DNA from: Alphaproteobacteria bacterium
GTDB taxonomy: Bacteria; Pseudomonadota; Alphaproteobacteria; MPNO01; UBA830
Direction: 5' to 3'
NCBI GenBank assembly: GCA_965243135.1
Contig: OZ251539.1
Location: 1,856,001-1,920,000, forward strand
DNA length: 64,000 bases
The notes under the pieces are model-generated. The model was not told the origin of the DNA, searched no databases, and saw only the letters and a list, made by a program, of their open reading frames with translations. Below, piece after piece: positions 60,212 to 64,000 of the stretch (position 1 is its first letter; the number at the start of each line of letters is the position of its first letter). The position numbers and the translations under genes are program-made.

Positions 60212-61750
60212 TCAGGCGGGCTCGCAATCGAACCCGACGACGTTGCGCTCCTCGCGGCTGAACTCCACCCCGATCAGGTGGACCGAACGCCCGAGACGGC
60301 GGTACTTGTCCGCATAGCCCTTCTCCCGCAACTGCGCGAGCGCGATCCCCTCCCGCCCGCGCTCCACCACCTTGAACTCGAACAGGTAGACGCGCCCGCC
60401 GGCGCGGACCGCCATGTCGGCGCGCCCCCGGCTGCCGCTGTCCTCGGCCACCGGCTCGAGGCCCTCCATCAGGAAGCAGCTGTGGATGACGCTCGCGTAG
60501 TGGGCCTCGTACTTCGCGACGGGGTTGTTCATGTACCACTGGTGCGGGATGGCGGCGAAGACGCCGCGGAACAGGGTCTCGACGCGCTTGAAGTCGTTCG
60601 CCGCCAGCAATTCGCCCAGCCGCAGGTTCTCCGTCTCCTCGCGGGCCTCGTCCGGGAGCAGTTCTTCCAGCAAGGCCTCGCCCAGGCTCTGGCGCACCTC
60701 GAGGTTCGGGTAGCCCAGCCGGTAGCGCCCGCCCTCTTCGCCGACGATGGTGAGGTAGCCGGTCTGGAACAGAAGCGCCTCGACCGAGATCCTGTCCACG
60801 TCGAAGGTCGAGAGCAGGCTCTCGCTGCCGATCATGCCGTCCAGGCGGGGAGTGGGCAGGTTGCGGCGCGCCAGCGTCTCGACCAGAAAGGTCGGCGTGC
60901 CGCTCTCGAACCAGTACGGGCGGAACTCGCGCCGTTGAAACAGCAGCAGGAGGCCGAACGGGTTGTAGACCCTCTCCGGCCCGCGCCAGTTGTAGCCATT
61001 GTACCAGCGGCGGATCTCGTCCCGGTCCAGGCCCTCGAGTTCCGGGGCGAAGACCGCGTCCAGCTCCGCATCCGTGCAGCCGCAAATATCCGAGAACTCC
61101 GGCGCCAGCGTGATGTCGTTCAGGTTGTTCAGGCCCGAGAACAGGCCCGCCTTCGAGAATTTGCTCACTCCCGTCAGGAAAACGAAACGGAGATGCCTGT
61201 CGCACTCCTTGATAACCCCGTACAGGCTGCGCAGGAAGTCCCGGTTGGCCCGCGCCAGCTCCCGGTCGCCGAGCGCGTCCAGAATCGGCTTGTCGTATTC
61301 GTCCACCAGAACCACCGCCCGCTGCCCGGTGCGTTCGTGCAGGTCCGCGATCAGTTCCCGGAAGCGGACCGAAACTCTGGCGCCGCCCGGCTCGATGCCG
61401 GCCCGCCTCTCCGCCGCCTTCAGTTGCGATTCCGTTTCTTCCCGAACTCCGTCCGGGTCGCCGAAATCGCCCCCGCCGAAGCCGATCCGCACGACCGGAT
61501 GGCGCGTCGACCAGTCCCACCTGCCGTGCACGGCGAGGCCCCGGAACAGCTCCTCGCTTCCTTCGAACAGCTCCTGCAGCGTGTCCACCAGCAGGGTCTT
61601 GCCGAACCGGCGCGGACGCGACAGGAAATAATATTGACCGCCCTCGACAAGGCGGCGGACATGGTCCGTCTTGTCGACGTAGTAGCAGTCCATCTCTCCC
61701 CGGATTTTCCGGAGGGAGGTCAAGCCGATCGGAAGCATGCGTTTCGCCAT
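60212..61750 (-). CDS. AAA-ATPase + PD-(D/E)XK nuclease, copy B5
   Basis: Intact 512 aa; promoter TTGACG-N17-TACTCT-N6-ATG at 61757-61785. Confidence 0.92.
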   Translation of the reverse strand: MAKRMLPIGLTSLRKIRGEMDCYYVDKTDHVRRLVEGGQYYFLSRPRRFGKTLLVDTLQELFEGSEELFRGLAVHGRWDWSTRHPVVRIGFGGGDFGDPDGVREETESQLKAAERRAGIEPGGARVSVRFRELIADLHERTGQRAVVLVDEYDKPILDALGDRELARANRDFLRSLYGVIKECDRHLRFVFLTGVSKFSKAGLFSGLNNLNDITLAPEFSDICGCTDAELDAVFAPELEGLDRDEIRRWYNGYNWRGPERVYNPFGLLLLFQRREFRPYWFESGTPTFLVETLARRNLPTPRLDGMIGSESLLSTFDVDRISVEALLFQTGYLTIVGEEGGRYRLGYPNLEVRQSLGEALLEELLPDEAREETENLRLGELLAANDFKRVETLFRGVFAAIPHQWYMNNPVAKYEAHYASVIHSCFLMEGLEPVAEDSGSRGRADMAVRAGGRVYLFEFKVVERGREGIALAQLREKGYADKYRRLGRSVHLIGVEFSREERNVVGFDCEPA

Positions 61751-61819
61751 CGGAAGAGAGTAGGCCGCCGCGCCGGAGCCGTCAAGAAGTCGGCGGCGGG
61801 GGCGAGCAGGCCATGAGCG

Positions 61820-62921
61820 TTTGGTACCGGACATATCGTCTGTTACTGACAAACGCACCTTCCGGCGCTGGCGCGACGAGGCGGAGGGCGCGGAAGGGTT
61901 GTACGACCGCCGCCTGGGCCGGGTCTCGGCGCGCCGGGCCGACGTGGACGAGGCGGCGCAGGTTCCGGAGTTGTTCGACACCCGGTACCGGGACTTCAAC
62001 GCCAGGCACTTTCACGAGAAGCTGGTCGCCTGCCATGGCGTCCAGCGCAGCTACGTCCGGCTGACCTTGCAGGCCCATGGCCGCGTGCGAGCCGCTCCGC
62101 GGCGCCCACCGGCGCAAGCGCCCGCGGCGGGCGCCGCACCAGGACGGCTCGCGCCACGAGTGGGTGTCGGGTCGGCAGTGGGCGTCACCATGGACGACGC
62201 CACCAGCGAGGTCTACTCGGCCTTCTTCGTCGCCGAGGAAGGCACTTTTTCCAAGCGCTTCGCGAGGCGGCCGGCGAGCGCGGGCTGTTCCGCTCGCTCT
62301 ACCGCGGCAGCCACTACTTTCACACGCCCGAGGCCGGCGGCAAGGTGGACAAGGACAACCCGACCCAGGTCGGGCGCGCCCTTCGCCGACTCGGCGCACG
62401 TCGCCGCCTGCTCGCCCGAGGCCCGCGGGCGCTCGGAGGTTCGGCACCCTGCAGAAGCGCCTGCCCCAGGAACTCAGGCTCGCCTCCGACATGGCCGAGG
62501 CCAACCGCTTCCTCAAGGAGGTCTACCTGCCGGACCGCAACCGGCGCTTCGCCACCCCGCCCGAGGGGGTCGGCCTTCGTGCCCTTCGCCGGCACCCTGG
62601 ACGACCTGCGTCCACGAGGACCGTCTCGAACGACACGCGGTACAATGGACGCACCCTGCAGGCCGACCGTCACCACTACGTCAAGGCCAGGGTCCACGAG
62701 TACCCCGACCACGCCCTTGCCGTCTTCCACGGCCCCGGACGCCTCGCTCTCTACCGGGCCGACGGGTCTCCGACCGCAACCCGGCAGGCCGCGTGACCCG
62801 CTTCGACGCGCCGGAAGCCCGAAGTGGACAGCCGCTTCGCGCCTGACCACTTCCCCACAGGCCCAACCACCACAACGGAAGCGGTCAATTTGGTACATAC
62901 CAGTTCAAAATGTTCTTGACA
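61820..62921 (+). mobile_element. Decayed ISNCY-like DDE transposon
   Basis: Fragments HQDGSRHEW, TMDDATSEVYSAFFVAEEGT, FGTLQKRLPQELRL, EANRFL, VHEYPD in shifting frames; IS-like end ...AATGTTCTTGACA. Confidence 0.8.
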
Positions 62922-63181
62922 CTCGCTCCACCGGGGGCACACGGCGGATCTTTTCTCCGAGTAAAAGCTCGTTTGGCGCGGCAAGCAGCCGGCAGTTTCC
63001 GCAGCGGTACGGGCGGCAGGCGGGGAAAGCGCGGTGACGAGCGAACCTGTCGCTCCGCGGAAATCCTGCCCCGCTGCAGGGGGCGAGCACGTTCGACACG
63101 TTCAACGCGCAGCCTGGAGGCCACGGCGGGCGCGAGCGCCGCCGCCGAGCGGCGCAAGGCTGGCGGCCGCGCGGCGGCGAC

Positions 63182-64000
63182 TCACGCCGCCGCTACGGCG
63201 CGCCTTTCCGGAACCAGCAGGGCAAAGACCCCGGCGAGCGCGGCAAGCGCGACCGCGATCCACCAAAGTCCGTCGTATCTCGCGGTCAGATCGAAGATCC
63301 ATCCGCCGAGCAAGACCCCTGTCGCCGCGCCCAGGGAATGGCCGCCGAACAGCAGCCCGAGCGTGAGGCCCATAACTCGCAAGCCGATATGCGTCGCGAC
63401 GATGTTGGCGATCACCGGGAAGGTGGCGAAGTTGAGAACGCCGAAGAGGGCCGCGAAGAGAAACAGGACGGAGATGTCGGCCGCGACGAACAGCAGCACG
63501 ACGAAGGCCAGGGCGCGGCCGAAGAACATGCTCGCCAGCAGTCGCGGGCGATGGACATGGTCCGCCATCCACGAAAACAGGACGACGCCGGCGAGATTGC
63601 CGATCCCGTGAGCCCCGTAGGCGGCGGAGCCCTCGACGAGGGTGAAGCCGCAGGTCAGGGCGTAGGGAATGAAGTACACGTCGATTATCCCGGCCGTCGT
63701 GAAGCCGCACAGCGCGAAGGCGGCGAGCAGCAGCAGAAAGGTCCGTTCCCGAAACAGGGACTTCAGGCGGTCGGACAGGGAACCGTCGCCTGCCGCCGCG
63801 GCGGCGGGCGGCGGCGGGTTTTCCGGCGACGGCCTGAAACGAAGGAGAACCAGCAGGGAGAGCGCCGCCATCGCGGCGCCCAGGATCAGATAAGAAGTCC
63901 GCCAGCCGAGCGACGCGATCATGACGCCCAGAAGCGACAGGACAGGAAGCTGTCCTCCGGACGCGCCCGAAACGGCGAGGCCGATCGCCAGTCCGCGCCC
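63182..64000 (-). CDS. MFS transporter (5' part lies beyond the window)
   Basis: Frame open to the window edge; RGLAIGLAVSGASGGQL motif C; multiple TM segments. Confidence 0.9.
   Translation of the reverse strand, partial: GRGLAIGLAVSGASGGQLPVLSLLGVMIASLGWRTSYLILGAAMAALSLLVLLRFRPSPENPPPPAAAAAGDGSLSDRLKSLFRERTFLLLLAAFALCGFTTAGIIDVYFIPYALTCGFTLVEGSAAYGAHGIGNLAGVVLFSWMADHVHRPRLLASMFFGRALAFVVLLFVAADISVLFLFAALFGVLNFATFPVIANIVATHIGLRVMGLTLGLLFGGHSLGAATGVLLGGWIFDLTARYDGLWWIAVALAALAGVFALLVPERRAVAAA

Noticed and set aside
25467-61750. Diversity-generating retroelement as the source of AAA paralog variation
   Set aside because: No RT ORF or TR/VR pair seen; differences are block-wise and not obviously adenine-specific; the only retroelement trace is a dead group II intron.
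61818-62976. CGTTTGG at both sides of the IS relic as a target-site duplication
   Set aside because: The right copy is about 50 bp beyond the apparent IS end, and a 7-bp match could be chance.

Overview
GC-rich bacterial DNA. Gene content (rrf2-sufBCDSU-sufT-sufA, TRAP transporter, argJ/mutT, alphaproteobacterial-type Fur box) points to an alphaproteobacterium, possibly host-associated (inference). The ordinary parts are a Sel1-repeat gene, a DEAD-box helicase, a SUF Fe-S operon, a TRAP system and two catabolic clusters. The first cluster has a Rieske dioxygenase with two tandem alpha subunits, an enamidase-like hydrolase, an LLM and a GMC oxidoreductase. The second has an NtaA-like LLM, an FAD monooxygenase, an aminotransferase and hydantoinase A/B. 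A MerR-HTH/vWA pair and an aminobenzoate-CoA-ligase-like gene follow. The striking content is nine paralogs of one AAA-ATPase + PD-(D/E)XK nuclease gene in two tandem arrays (A: 25.4-32.6 kb, 4 copies; B: 49.9-61.8 kb, 5 copies). Each copy with a 5' end has its own sigma70-like, apparently leaderless promoter. The copies are sequence mosaics of each other, and two C-terminal nuclease classes sit on a shared ATPase. Array B is interleaved with decayed mutT and MFS relics, a truncated argJ, an ORF-less group II intron remnant, a 172-bp MITE and a decayed ISNCY-like element. Non-selected DNA across this region shows recurrent 5-6 nt microdeletions, mostly at GAT/ATC. All family assignments come from motif recognition by eye; no database searches were run.
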